Assembly: GCF_004010195.1 (NCBI RefSeq)
Contig: NC_057720.1
Coordinates: 22,162,243-22,226,242 of the forward strand
Source of the DNA: Chiloscyllium plagiosum
Lineage: Eukaryota
Direction of reading: 5' to 3'
DNA: 64,000 nucleotides
Part shown: positions 12,286 through 25,846 of the stretch, in pieces
Numbering within the stretch: the stretch's first letter is position 1
Layout: each line of letters opens with the position of its first letter
The notes under the pieces: generated by a model
The model's database searches: none
Told to the model about the DNA's origin: nothing
The model's input: the letters and a program-made list of their open reading frames with translations, nothing else
Program-made: the position numbers and the translations under genes

Positions 12286-12624
12286 AATAATTCAACTTTA
12301 ATTTTCTTTCTGTAGATAGGCAAACCTTCCATTCCTGAGACAGTCATCCTTTTTATTGATGTTATAACCAGTGATAAATTTCTGACATCATAGTAGTTTT
12401 AAATTAATCAACCAATGGTTATACTATTCAAGGCTGAGACAGACGGATTTTTATTCAGCAGGGAATCAAGGTTTATGTGGAAAAGGCAAGAAAGTGGTTT
12501 TGAAATTACCAGATCTTACTATTAAATTATATCTTACCATTTATGAATTATTTATCTGCAAATTAAAAATAAGCTTAGACATTCAAAATGGTATAATTAT
12601 TTCTGGCTGACTCGAATTATGTAG

Positions 12625-12728
12625 GCAAAAGTGAGGACTGCAGATGATGGAAAAGGACAGCAGGTCAGGCAGCATCCGAGGAGCAGAAAAATCGATGTTT
12701 CGGGCAAAAGCCCTTCATCAGGAATGTA
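12625..12728 (-). mobile_element. PLE mini-insertion with near-intact hammerhead motif and 11-bp TSD (1 mismatch)
   Basis: Minus strand reads cattc CTGATGA A GGGC tttt GCCC GAAA CATC gatt. Flanks are gaattatgtag (12614-12624) and gaatcatgtag (12729-12739). Confidence 0.8.
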
Positions 12729-14124
12729 GAATCATGTAGCAATTGCTACAGCATAAGAGATAAAGATTAAAAAGTTGGGTTGACAAAATTACTGAGGATT
12801 AAATGGCAAGCTATCTGTGGCTTGGTAACTCAACTACATTCGCACCTTGTGCATCATTAAAATGGTATAACTTTGGGTTACAGACTGCCAATGAGGCAAC
12901 TAGAAATTTGAAGATGGTGCTGTGGTTGAGGCTATACTAAAAGCCATTGAGACTGAATTATAATTATCAAATTATAGACCTTTTGAGGACATTTTTATTC
13001 AACCCATCAGGAAAATGAAAGCATTGAATGAAGGAATTCCAGCTCCCCGTAAAGACAAAATAATATTCTTAGCCCAGAAATATATTTTACGATAACCAGT
13101 CATCTTAAATCAGTTTGATGGATCTTTTCGTAGAGTCATAGAAATTTCAGCATAGCTTGAGGTAATTTTGACCAGCTCTTACTGCTGCTGTGACTATGGT
13201 AGTTTATGGCAGTGGACTAACAAACCAAAGGTCATTAATTTCAATCTCAACATAGCAAGCACTGAAAATAAATTTAATAAATCTGGTACTTTTCTGCATT
13301 GGTACCAGATAGTCTGGCCTCCAAATGACATCAGCTCCACACTTTATGGTTAACTCAAATCTTCTCAGGGCAATAAGAGATAGATAACAGTTCTAACAAC
13401 ATCACAAAGACACACTTTAACATTATACATGTCTGTTTAATCTTTTTCTGTCGTAATTATATTGAAATGTTTAACCATTTCCCCCTTCAATGCAATGATT
13501 GAACTTCAATAATAGTTTGTAGTAATAACAATGCAGTCCTTACTTTTATAATCTATGTCTATTTGTTCTCGTCTGTAAACTCCCCCTATTTTAGTGGTGT
13601 TATTTTAAGGTATCCTTGCCTATGTTAAAGATGCAAGTTAAATAGAGAGTAATTATTTTTAATGGACAGAGTGTATTGCTGACAGCAAGAACATGAAGAG
13701 TTTGAGTCTATCCATGAAAGCTTGGTTTGAAATTGAATGACTAATTCTATATCTGCTAAAGTTGGCAGTATGCCCATGTTATTATCTGGTAGGGTCTGGC
13801 AAGGATGCTTGAGGCCAAGTGTAACAAGAGAACTGCTGATGGGTTATATGTCAACTGAATGTAATTGTCTGAGTAAGGGCTCTTTTAGTACAGTGGTAGT
13901 GACCTGATCTCTGAGCTAGAAGGCATAGAGTCAAGTTCCACCTATTTGCACACATGTTATAACATATTTATACAGGTTGGTTTAAAAATATCTAATTGGA
14001 TGAGAACTTGACTAGATGTGTACATATGGGGAACAAGTAATCAATGGCGGTTGAGCTCACAGTGTATGAACTGGGACAAAACTCTGACTACAAAAAACAT
14101 GTACCTGGATTCTGTCTAACTAAT

Positions 14125-14446
14125 GGGGCGGCACTGTGGCTCAGTGGTTAGACTGCTGCCTCACAGCACCAGGGTCCCAGGTTTGATTCCAGCCTTGGGC
14201 GACTGTCTGTGTGGAGTTTGCACCTTCTCCCCGTGTCTGCGTGTGTTTCCTTCAGGTACTCCGGTTTCCTCCCACAATCCAAAGATGTGCAGATCAGGTG
14301 AATTGGCCATGCTAAGTTGCCCATAGTGTTAGGTGCATTAGTCAGAGGGAAATGGGTCTGGGTGGGTTACTCTTCGGAGGGTCGGTGTGGACTGGTTGGG
14401 CCGAAGCACCTGTTTCCACACTGTAGGGAATCTAATCTAATCTAAT
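14125..14446 (+). mobile_element. HE1-type V-SINE
   Basis: tRNA-like head (tggctcagtgg), V-domain and (AATCT)n tail; paralogous to 6745-7075. Confidence 0.9.
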
Positions 14447-14654
14447 ATTTAACTTCTGGTGTTTAACAGCCAGTGTTCTAAAGTGCCTCAGTGAGGAATA
14501 TAAAAGTGAGGCTTTTGATGTAGTTAGTCCGGTCCCAATGGAGTTCACCAAGACTGCATTCAGAAAGTCACGAATAATTTTGATATAAACCTCGAACTTG
14601 GTTTCTTATTCTGGTGGTGGACTTAAGTTACAGTGGGCCGTCCCATTGCCAAAC

Positions 14655-15055
14655 CTTAAACACCCGACGCTTGGAGGGATAACGCCTCATCTTCTGCCTT
14701 GGGACTCTGCATCACACAGGATCAATGTGGATTTCACCAGTTTCCTCATTTCCCCTCCCCCCACCTTATCCCAGTGCCAAGCCTCTAACTCGGCACCTCC
14801 GTCTTGATTTGTCTGTTTTCCTTCCCACCTATCTACTCCACCCTCCTCTCCAACCTATCGGTTTCATCCACACCTTCATCTACTTATCACATTCCTTGCT
14901 ATGTTCTCCGTAACTCCACCCCCTCCCATTTATCTGTCAGCTCCCCTGGCCCACAAGCTTCATACCTGATGAAGAGCTTATGCCCGAAACATCGATTCTC
15001 CTGCTCCTTGGATGCTGTCTGACCTACTGTGCTTTTCCAGCACCACACTCTCGAC
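14655..15055 (+). mobile_element. Penelope-like element 3' fragment with degenerate hammerhead at ~14962-14998
   Basis: GIY-YIG C-terminal remnant (lifcLGtl.phrinvdf), C-rich 3' UTR, and CTGATGA A GAGC ttat GCCC GAAA CATC. Confidence 0.75.
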
Positions 15056-15745
15056 AGTTTTAGCATATTGTTTGGAATCGGTTACATTTCTAAGTTGCCC
15101 AGAGTTTGCTCTTTCTGCTGATAACATCTTAAACTTTGAAGATCATAAAACTATGCTTGGAAAACTTTAGCAATACAAACTCTTATTATACTCATGTGCA
15201 ATTTCTTTTACAATATTTTAAGAGAGGCACACATATGTTTACTTAAAATGGATGGGATTGCCATATGTTAAGGTTTTATATGCTACCATCACAGTGACAA
15301 GTTTTGGTGTTACTTAGTTAGTTCCATCTGTTGGTTGAGGCTCTATTTAATATTTGCCTAGTTGAAACAGCAATGAATTCAATATGAGTACTGCAGTTAG
15401 GAAGATTTCTTTTCACTTCATTTGGTTAAGTTATTCAAAAAACTAACCGTGTGACAAAAATAGCATCAGTGGAATTTCAATGCTTGAGTTGGTATGTCAT
15501 ATTTTTCACAATTATTAAAATTAGTTGACATATCTAAAATAATTCTAACATGAAGTTTGAAATTTTAATTGTGTTATGTTTAAAAATGCATATATATGAA
15601 TAAATATAGTACAATAAAAAGGTGATCATTCTTATAAAGCCCTGTATAATTACAATTAACACAGGTGATCTGGAAATGAACTCGTGGTGAGCTAGATTGT
15701 GCACAGCACCTTATTTACTGTAATAATGATGTTGTCTTCTGCCAT

Positions 15746-15921
15746 GATTTGGAGATGGGGCCGGTGTTGGACTGGGGTGTACAAAGTTACAAATCGCACA
15801 ACACCAGGTTATAGTCCAACAGGTTTAATTGGAAGCACTAGCTTTCAGATCATTAGGTGATGAGAAGGAGCGGCGCTCTGAAAGCTAGTGCTTCCAATTA
15901 AACCTTTGGACTATAACCTGG
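15746..15921. mobile_element. Fold-back PLE-terminus insertion with 13-bp TSD
   Basis: Inverted arms at ~15802-15849 and ~15877-15924; TSD tgtcttctgccat at 15733-15745 and 15922-15934. Confidence 0.85.
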
Positions 15922-16061
15922 TGTCTTCTGCCATATCTTCCAAGTCCACCACAGATCTACGTATAAACATTTGGTTCATTTCTAATACTCAAAGATTTAC
16001 AGAGAGGTGGAGACAGAGATAAAGAGAAAGGTGGAACAAAAAGGATAGATAAAGATCATAC

Positions 16062-16241
16062 CTGTCCAATTATACCAGCAATGTTAGGTACAGGTTTTCC
16101 TTTCTGGTGAGGTCTTGTTGGCGGGCTCTGTCCTTCCCAATTTTGCAGCTCTTCAATGCTTTTTAAATACAAGAGTGCCTTCAATCCCGTGCAATAGTCA
16201 TCAATTAATGTGAAGTCCTGATTCTGAACAGCACTGCATAC
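16062..16241 (-). CDS. DPYD: Dihydropyrimidine dehydrogenase coding exon (equivalent to human exon 20)
   Basis: 180-nt phase 0-0 exon with acceptor acacttacag| and donor CAG|gtatga. It translates to [60 protein letters not shown], matching human [40 protein letters not shown]..., and joins in frame to the exon at 54289-54431. Confidence 0.98.
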
Positions 16242-16751
16242 CTGTAAGTGTACAGTTTATTTTAATGTGTACATAGTCACTTTCACATGCACTACATCAT
16301 AACGTTAGCTGTTGGGAGAAATTGTTTGTTACTGGGGATATGGAATGATGAACAAAATTGTTGCTTCTATCTAAGACTATCCTGGATTTACTTAAGTGTC
16401 CATTAAATCCAATTATTGCCTCTTGCATTTTCAGTTATTCATAATGTAACTTTAAGAAATATTACTCTGACTTGCTTTAAATGCATCACAACCACTTATA
16501 CAATTACATTGAATTAAACTAGGAAGTCAAAAATATCAGGAAGTTTCAGGACTGGAAAAGGCTCCACAGTTCATCTGATCCAAGCAAAAAAAAAAGACTA
16601 ATGATTCTTAATTGTATATCCTTAACCCATTCTTCCTTATTATTTCCACATTATCTGCCTCCAATAAACAACCAGAAATTTCATTTCACATATTCATTGG
16701 TATTGGTGCAAAACTAGTTAAGTCTCAATGTATATTGAGCTAATGTACTTT

Positions 16752-17958
16752 TAGAGTCATAGAGTCATACAGCACGGAAACAGACCCTTCGGTCCAACTC
16801 ATCCATGCCAACCAGATATCTCTGCCCTACCCGGCCCATATCCCTCCAAACCCTTCCTATTCATATACCCATCCAGATGCCTTTTAAATGTTGCAATTGT
16901 ACCAGCCTCCACCACTTCCTCTGGCAGCCCATTCCACACACGCACCACCCTCTGTGTGAAAAAGTTGCCCCTTAGGTCTCTTTTATATCTTTCCCCTCTC
17001 ACCGTAAACCTATGCCCTCTCATTCTGGACTGCCTTACCCCAGAGGAGAGACTTTGTCTATTTATCCTATCCATGCCCCTCATGATTTTATAAACCTCGA
17101 TAAGGTCATCCCTAAGCTTCTGACGCTCCAGGGAAAACAGCCCCAGCCTATTCAGCCTCTCCCTACTCTCAAATCTTCCAACCCTGGCAAAACCTTGTAA
17201 ATCTTTTCTGAACCCTTTCAACTTTCACAACATCTTTCTGATAGGAAGGAGACCAGAATTGGATGCAATATTCCATCAGTGGCCTAACCAATGTCCTGTA
17301 CAGCTGCAACATGATCTCCCAACTCCTGTACTCAACACTCTGACCAATAATGGAAAGCATACCAAACGCCTTCTTCATTATCCTATCTACCTGTGACTCC
17401 ACTTTCAAAGGGCTATGAACCTGCACTCCAAGGTCTCTTTGTTCAGCAACACTCCCTAGGACCTTACCACTAAGTGTATAAATCCTGCTAAGATTTGCTT
17501 TCCCAAATGCAGCACCTCGCATTTATCTAAATTAAACTCCATTTGCCACTTCTCAGCCCATTGTCCCATCTGATCAAGATCTCGTTGTAATCTGAGGTAA
17601 CCCTCTTCGCTGTCCACTACACCTTCAACTTTGGTGTCATCTGCAAACTTACTAACTATACCTCTTATGCTCACATTCAAATCATTTATATATATGATAA
17701 AAAGTAGTGGACCCAACACCAATCCTTGTGGCACTCCACTGGTCACAGACCTCCAATCTGAAAAACAACCCTCCACCATCACTTTCTGTGTTCTACCTTT
17801 GAGGCAGTTCTGTATCCAAATAGTTCTCTCTGTGTTCCATGAGATCTAATCTAAGGTTAGATCTCATGGGGATCCTTGTCAAACACCTTACTGAAGTCCA
17901 AACAGATCACGCCCACTGCTCTGCCCTCATCAATCCTCTTTGTTACTTCTTCGAAACC
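16752..17958 (-). mobile_element. CR1 LINE (HER1-like) RT to 3' end
   Basis: [21 protein letters not shown]...SKFADDTK and downstream C-terminal motifs; tagagtca tail. Confidence 0.93.
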
Positions 17959-18049
17959 TCTTTCTTTTAGAAGTTGCGTCAATTTTGTGCAAATTATTGG
18001 AATTCAACTTGTCCTTTTCAAAATTATTTTACGTGACACATTTCTGGAT

Positions 18050-19965
18050 AAGCTAACAAGCACTGTGTATCTCTAAGTAATCTTTAGAAGATTGTGATGA
18101 GCTGCCTTCTTAAACTGCTACAGCCCATGTTGAGCAGGGATATCCACAACGCTGTGAGGAAGCGAATGTGTCTTCTGCTCTTGTCCTTCTCGGTGGTAGA
18201 GATTGTGGATTTGAGAAGGATTGAAGGATCCTTGTTGAGTTGCAATAGTGCATCTGAGAAGGTTTGCAATGCTGTCGCTGTTTGCATTGTTGGTGAAAGG
18301 AGTGAATATGAAGGTGATGGAAGAAATGTCACTCAAGCAGTCTTCTTTGTCCTGGATAGTGCAGAACGTTTCAATGTTGTTACAGATGCACTCAATCAGT
18401 CAAGTGGAAAGTATCCCACCATACTCCTCAGTCAGTCAAATGCTAACTTTATGTCAAGGGAAGTCGCTCACCTTCAGCACTTGAGTTCAGCTCCTTTGTC
18501 TTTGTTTGGACAAATACCATAATGAGTCCAGGACCAAAGCACCCCTGGCAGAAAATGAGCCTCAGCTAATTGTTGGATAGGTGTCACTCGATAGTGCTGT
18601 TGACAACTACTTCTACCACTGGGCTAATTATCCAGAGTCGACCAATGGGGGATAATTGGCTTGGTTGATTTGTCTGCTTTTTGTGTTTTCTATTCTTTTA
18701 AAACCCTCATTATTTGAACTTTCTCTCCCATGAGGCTTCTTGTTTCCAAAACTCAAAGCTTTTCAAACCCTCCTCATCACTTAGATGCATTAAGCAATTT
18801 GTTTTAATTGCTCTTTGCTGCATTGCCTCCAATACTTGGATAATTTAGTGACCAGTGATTCAGATCTGGTTAACGTTTCTTAATGCTCTTTAACACAACA
18901 GAGTTGATTATTTTGAAATATGTACTAAAAACCTAATCCCTAGTGTGTACTGTCTAGCATCCTAAAGCAATTTCTTCTGTTGTTTACTTCCCTTTCTTCG
19001 TCTCATTACCTTGTATTTGTGCGTATCAAGTATCATCGGCAATTGACCTGCATTTTTAAGGAAATCATTTGCCATCTCCATCACTAAAATTCAGAATGGT
19101 CTGTAAATTCAGATTTCTTTAGGCTTAATTTTCTGAAGATATCAGGACTCATGCCCACCTAGCTTCTGCCTTCTTGAACCATTGCAGTTCTTGGGGTGGA
19201 CAGACCCCATAATTCTGTTAGTAAGGGAGTTCCAGGACTTTTACCCAGTGATGGTGAAGGAATAGCGATAAAGTTCCAAGGCAGGATGGTGCGTGTCCTG
19301 CAGGAGAACCTATAGGTGATAGTGTCCCCATGTATCTACAGTCCTTCTATTTCTAGATAGAAGAAGTCATGGTTTGGAAGGTGCTATCAGAGGAGCCTTG
19401 GTAAATTAGTGTCGTGTATCTTGGAGATGGTATACATTGCTGTCACTGTGCATTGGAAGTAATGGGAGTTAATATTGAAGGTGGTGGATGGTGAACCAAT
19501 CAAGCAATCTTTTTTCTCCTGGAAGGTGTCAAGCTTCTTGAATGCTGTTGGGGCTGCACTTATCCAGTCAAGTGGAGAGTGCTACACCATACTCTTGACC
19601 TGCGCATTTGTAGATAGTTGACAGGCTTTGGAGAGTCAGCCGACGAGTTACTTACTGTAAAATTCATGGCCTTTGATCTGTTTTTGTGGCCACAGTATCT
19701 ACATGTCCAGTTCTGATTCTGGTCAATGGTAACCTCCAGGATGTTGATAATTGGAGATTTGGTGATGATGATGTCATTGTGATGTGGGACCAACAGGAGG
19801 TGGCCAAAATGGATTCAGTTGTGATTAAATACAATTCTGTTGTTGCTGGTGGGCAGCAGCACCTTATGGGCCTTGATTTGCTAGATCTCCTTGAAGTCTA
19901 TCCTATTTAGCATGGTGGTAATGCCAAATAACACAATGGAGGTATATTCAATGTGAAGATGGCAG
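18050..19965 (-). mobile_element. Two old degraded CR1/L2-clade LINE segments (~18050-18690 and ~19140-19965)
   Basis: The two segments are similar to each other and to 31610-34570 (cagtcaagtggagagt..., INILEVTIDQNQNW). Many stops. Confidence 0.55.
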
Positions 19966-20619
19966 AACCCTCCCAATTTTGCAGGATTGATAGGGCTGTG
20001 TTTGCCATTGTCATTTTCAGTGTCTTGGTTGATGCCAGTGGTTTCATTCCTTTCTCAAGTGGCTTGCTAAGCCATTTCAAAGTCAATCACATTGATGAAG
20101 TCACATGTCGACCAGATCAGAGAAAGATGGCAGATTTTCTTCTCTAAAGGACATTAGTGAGCTAGATGGGTTTTTTTGACAATAGTTATGTGGTCAGGTC
20201 GACAAGCTTTTAGTCCCAGACTTTTTATTGAATTCAACTTCCACTACATGCCACAGCAGAATTTGACCTCATGTCTCCTATTAGCCAAAAGGCTTTGGAT
20301 TACTAATACAATGTCAATACCATTACATGACAACATCTCATTTACACTTCAAGTTCATATTTTTAAGATCTTATGCTCTCATATCCCCTTTTAACCCTCC
20401 ATTCCAAAACAGAGCTACAGCACTGGTCAACTGTTAATGGTATTTGTGTGTCATGAGCATGAAGCTTGGGGCTTTTTGAGCCTTGCCCATGATTGAGGCA
20501 ATGGCACTCGCTGCGCAAAATATGCCTTGTCTGCATTGCCAGTTGAACAACACAGAACAAGTAGATCTTTGTCTCCTGTGTTCAAATAACGCAGGGCTTA
20601 AATAGCTGTACTGTGTTAT

Positions 20620-20815
20620 CTGGTCGCTTAGCTCAATTGGCCAGACAGGTGGCTTGTAACTCAGAGTAAGGCCAACAGCATGGATTTTATGTCTGGACCA
20701 GCTGAAGCTCCCAGGAAGGTCTCTCTTTCTCAACCTCTCCCCTCACCTGCGGCACGGTGACCTCTGCTTAAACCACTACCAGTCATCTCTTTTTAATGAG
20801 ACAGCAACCTTATAG
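20620..20815 (+). mobile_element. tRNA-derived SINE (second family); further copies at ~21945-22125 (-) and ~25125-25305 (-)
   Basis: A-box-like ttagctcaattgg head and a shared body (caacctctcccctc...ttaaaccac.acc.gtc) in three dispersed copies. Confidence 0.65.
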
Positions 20816-23800
20816 TGCATTATTCATCCTAGTCTGAGTGCTGAGTGTCTTTCTAGTTTGGATGGTATTGCGGGTTAAAAACATTTGGTTAACAAAAATT
20901 ATCATGCTCAACATTTACTCACTTAAGCTCAACTGTTTAATCATAAATGAAGCAAGTTGAGATTTTGTGCCCTATAATATGATTTGTAGAATCCAATGGT
21001 CAACTATTTTAAGTTAAAGCATTTCATTCCAGTACGAATCAATAAAATTTAATGTCAAAATTTCACAGATGGGATTAGTATTTTTGAGCAACTTTGAAAT
21101 AGCTAACTGCAAACAGTCAATCAACTATTGCACATTAAATACCGTTTATTTCCTATCAACTTCCTTTCTTTATAATGTCACGAGGAAAAATGGATATGTT
21201 ATGCAAACAATGAAAGTTTGGACATAAGCTTTTACAATTTCATTTATCCCATGTGCTTGATGGAGAAGAGTAAAGTGAAAGGGGCAGTGCTCTTAAATAA
21301 ATTGCCTGCACTCTCCACAAGACAAAATAGAGCATATGTCAGTAAAGACACAGGGGAGCTAGGAGCATCCAGTCATCCAGTAGAATTGCAATAACTTGTG
21401 TATAGCAAAACATTCACTCCCAATTCCTGAACCCTTGTGAATCTGTTAGATGAGGCAAGAAAAGATGAAAACCAGATGATATGTTGTGAATGACAAAGGT
21501 TTTGGAGGTTATACATATAAATATTTGATGTAACTTGATTTACATGCAAGCCACAAAATTGGAAGTGGTTGTCACTTGCTGTTTTGAGCTGTGTAACTGT
21601 TTCTGATGTCTATGATTACAATTAGATTTTGACTCAAATTTAAATCAAACATCATTAGCCAATATGGTTTTGATTGCATTCTTTTTAACCGTTATTTACT
21701 TCTGAAAGCTAGCTTCTGTGCAGCTTTCTGAAGACAGTACTTGGAAAACAAGGAAAGTGTTTCTGAGTTTGGTGCCAATGGATCGTGCCCCAAGATGGGG
21801 TTATATGGTGAGGAACATGAAGGCTGTTTGCAACCAATGGAGAATTGAAGCTGTCAGGTACCTGCTTTGACTTCCATGATGAGAATGTTTAGCATTCAGT
21901 TTGCACGAGGCTTCTGTTAATATAGGTCATAGAAAAGCCAACATTGGACTACTCTTTCAGTAGACAGTGGTGTCTGGTGGTGGCTTAATCTGACTGTCAC
22001 CCCACCTTAGGCGAAGGGAGTGGATGAGAAGGAGAGTCCTTCTGGTAACCTCAGCCAATGCAGGAATTGAATCCACGCTGTTGGTGTCACTGTATTGTAA
22101 ACAAGCCACCTGCCAACTGATCTAATAGGAAACTGTATATTAATGAAGTGAGATCTGCAGTTATCAAGGTCGTTAACAAGCAATAAATCCCATTGGAAGG
22201 CAACACGCTGCTCCTTGTCTTGCCTGAATGCCCAGAACTTAGTGAAAAGATTCATTGCATTGCTCCCAAGTCAAGATTAGCCTTGCTAGACTTCTCACAT
22301 GATTTTACCACTTTTCCTACCATAACCCACATCATTCAGACCCCCATAAGATTCTGCCCACAGTGTTTTATATTTCTGGAAAATCTTGTAGCATCAAATG
22401 TACAAACCTAAACATGATGCATTTTATTGACTTTGAAGATAAGATTTGTGCCAACTTATTAGTTGAGGGGCATGCTAACATTGTGGTTATGTTACTGGAC
22501 CAGTAATCTGGAGCCCTGACTAATAGCCAGTAGAGATGAGTTCAAATCCCACCACTCCTGGGGATGTTAAATTCAATTCATCATGTAAAATCTGCAATAA
22601 AAGATTACTATCACTAGTAATGTCTCTGAAAATACCAGATGAGTGTATCAACAACACAGAGGCTAATTTTAAACATCATTGAATAAATTCAAGGCTGCGT
22701 TAGACTGATATTTAAGTCTTAGGATGGAGCTAGGGGATAGGGTTTGGTGTAGGGGGCCATGTAAGTGAACTTAAAGCCAGGTCAGCCATGATCTTAATGA
22801 ATAGAGGTGCACTGAATAGGTCGAATGCAATGGTCTAAATAGCCTATTCCTGCTCTTATGTCTTATGATCTTATATCTATCAACAAATAATGTGACTGAA
22901 ATGCTTTTAGGAAAGTGGAGCTTTCTGTTACATAGTTGTAAATACCTTTAAATACCAGCACAACTTTACAAAAGCAAAATTCTGTGTACAACAATAATAA
23001 CAGGGAGTTGCCAATTGCATGGGTAAAATTATTTAAAGTCTGGACAAGTAACCTGCATCAAAAAAACAATTAACATGCAGACACAAACAGTGAGGAATCA
23101 CAATCATGATATCTCATAGCGTAAGGCTGATTTTCTCAAATGGTGGGGCTGCTGAGAAGCTTTGCAAGGTTCGTTTTGAAATTATAAAATATCCTTGTTG
23201 TGACTCGCAGCAGTTAATGCATGCTGTCTCCAGCAGATTTCTCATTCCTGGTCACAGCCATTACTCCTGATATGTACAGTACTTGCAGATTATTAATTGA
23301 ATACTGGATGCCCCCACCTCTTCCCCCCTCCCCGATGGGGCAATTTTTCTTCAAAGTCACTCATGCTGCTCTTGTTATTCTTTGATGTGTGTCCATCTTC
23401 TCTGGAATTTGTGAAATGGCATGTGACTGAAGAGGTGGGCACTTGCTCCCACTGGTGGTGTTCTTTCTGCTGCTCCAAACTTTGTTGCTGTTTGCTCCTT
23501 TTGTTCCTCCTCCCAGCTCAAGGTACAGCTGCATAAGCTGCAGTGAAGGCTGACAGCAAGAAAGTCCCATTTAAGACGAGTGAAGTCTAAGAGAAGTGAA
23601 CTGATTTCTGAATAGTCGGAAACAGTGAGATCAATCTCAGAAGAACGGTTGTGAAGCAGCAGCCTATCACCTGGCCATAGGTGCAGCTCTTCAATGGACC
23701 TTCCATTGTCTTTCAGTTCCATCGAAGAAGTTCTGTATTTGCCTTTTTTTTCATTTATACTTCAAAGAGATATTGTCATTGCTAGCAATGTAAGCATGAA

Positions 23801-23826
23801 TTGCTCACCTCTAATTACCCCGAGTG

Positions 23827-24018
23827 GATTAGATTAGATTAGATTCCCTGCAGTATGGAAACAGGTCCTTTGGCCCAACTAGTCCACACCAACCCTCCAA
23901 ACAGTAACCCACCCAGACCCATCCCCTTACCCTATATTTACCCCTGACTAATGCACCTAACACTGGGCAATTGAGCATGGCCAATTCACCTAATCTGCCT
24001 GCACATCTTTGGATTGTA
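23827..24018 (-). mobile_element. HE1-type SINE 3' half
   Basis: (gatta)n tail followed by the reverse complement of the HE1 3' body. Confidence 0.85.
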
Positions 24019-24394
24019 GTAAAATCCTGGTAATCCATAAAACAGTTCAAAAAGTCAGCTGTCAAAGTGAGACTGATTGGTTCAATCAGGTGTTCGTTAC
24101 TGAATTGCTTGTTGGAAAATTATCTACCCGCAGTGTGAAGGAGATTTCTCATTTGCCTGCAAAACTGTTCCAGTGGATTCAGCAATGCTGACTCCATGTC
24201 CCTTTCTGGGAACTTCTACATCCAGCAGACACTCAAACCTGTCCTGCCCAGCCTGCCCCCTGACAGGTAAGATTCTGACCAATCTTTCAGAAATGTGGCT
24301 GCAGATTCCATTTTGTGAAGTCAAGCCATTTGTATTATCCCCTGCAATCTGTATGAGGTATGACATGAACCGACAACGCCACTAGATTTGCCCC

Positions 24395-24764
24395 GGGATG
24401 GGACCATTCGCCGCAGCCGATTAGCCACTGCCCTTTCACCGCCGAGGACGCTTAGCCATCACCCATTGGCCACTGAGGACGATTCGTCACCGCAAGTATT
24501 TGTAACTCATTTTTATATATAAACCAATAAACTGATATTTATTTTACCTCTTTTTTAATCAATACGAAGTATGTAGTTGTATTAATAAAGGGGACTGAGA
24601 AGTATGAAAGAACAGGCGGGAGGGAAAACAATCAGTACATATATATATTTCCGGTGGCAAATAGTCTCCAGAGGTCAAACGACCCCAGTGGAGAAACGCT
24701 GGTGGCGAACCGGCAGTGGCTAATCAGCGGCGGCGAATGTGCTGTGGCGAATCGTCACCAACCC
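24395..24764. mobile_element. Non-autonomous DNA transposon (MITE) with GC/CpG-rich, internally repetitive TIRs
   Basis: Left end gggatgggaccattcgccgcagccgattagccactgcc matches the reverse complement of the right end (gggttggtgacgattcgccacagc...tgattagccactgcc); AT-rich centre. Confidence 0.75.
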
Positions 24765-25846
24765 TAGAAGCCATATACATGTTATATTATTATTGATTCT
24801 TGCAAGGGGGAATGTAGACTGGAGAGAGGAGTGTGCAGTTCTTGCATTTTTGTGAATTTTTAAAAGGCAGAGAACAATGTTTGAGAGGGACAAGTTTCCG
24901 GGGTAGGGGTGGAGAGAAAAACAACTTGAAAATAGATTTTCAAACATTAAGAAAGTCTCACTTTGATGACAATGATTTGGAAGTATTTGGGTTCAAATCC
25001 ATCAAAGAAATGTGAGAGGGTTGGCAACTTGACACATTGAAAGGCTAGTATCATTCTTATAAGGCTCATTTCATTCACTTAGTTATATTTTCATGATACC
25101 TTGCATGTGACCTAAGTTAGATGGTCAAGTTGCCATAGTCTCATTCGGGAAAGAGAGACAAATGGTGATCTTTGAACCAAAGGGTTGCTAGGCAAGGAGA
25201 GAGCTTGAAAAGCAATGTCCTTCATAGTAAGCTCAGATGGAGCAGGAATTGAATCCACGCTTGTTGGCTTCACTCTGCATCACAAGCCAGCCAACTGGGC
25301 TAACCAATACCCTCAGTTGGAAGCCATTTCATTAATTCATACAATTCGTAGATATAATTGTGACACCAGCCTTTTGATAGGATCTTCCCAAAACATTTTG
25401 GCAGGCCCATGTCACACCAAGCAAACTAACACTTCATAGTGTGTTGCATCAGACACTCCATATGAAGCAGGTACTAAGGCAGATTGACCCATGCTGCAAT
25501 ATTGAGTCAGGGAGCTTGAAAGGGTGGACAAGCTGAAGCACAAGGAAACAAGCAAAGTCAGCAGCAGAAAAACACAAGCAGCTGACTACAATAGTAGACC
25601 TAGATTTGTGGATAAGCACACAGTCAAACCCATTTACTGAAAGGAGTCATTCAATGGCCAAAGGATTTTCATTACATATCTTGAGAGTGTACGTCTTTAT
25701 AATCAGACCGTGGGTGAGGTTCCTCAGCTATTACAGTTCCAAATAGGATTCCTCACACTCCAAGATGAGTGAAAATGAACAGACTCCTCTTTTTTTTCAC
25801 TCTCCCCCTCAGTTGGTCTCCTCAAGAATAATTTCCGACAGGATTC

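Noticed and set aside
18094..18522. 142-aa plus-strand ORF and other ORFs antisense to LINEs (e.g. 29794-30243, 44664-45158)
   Set aside because: These are antisense frames of LINE remnants with no independent coding signature.
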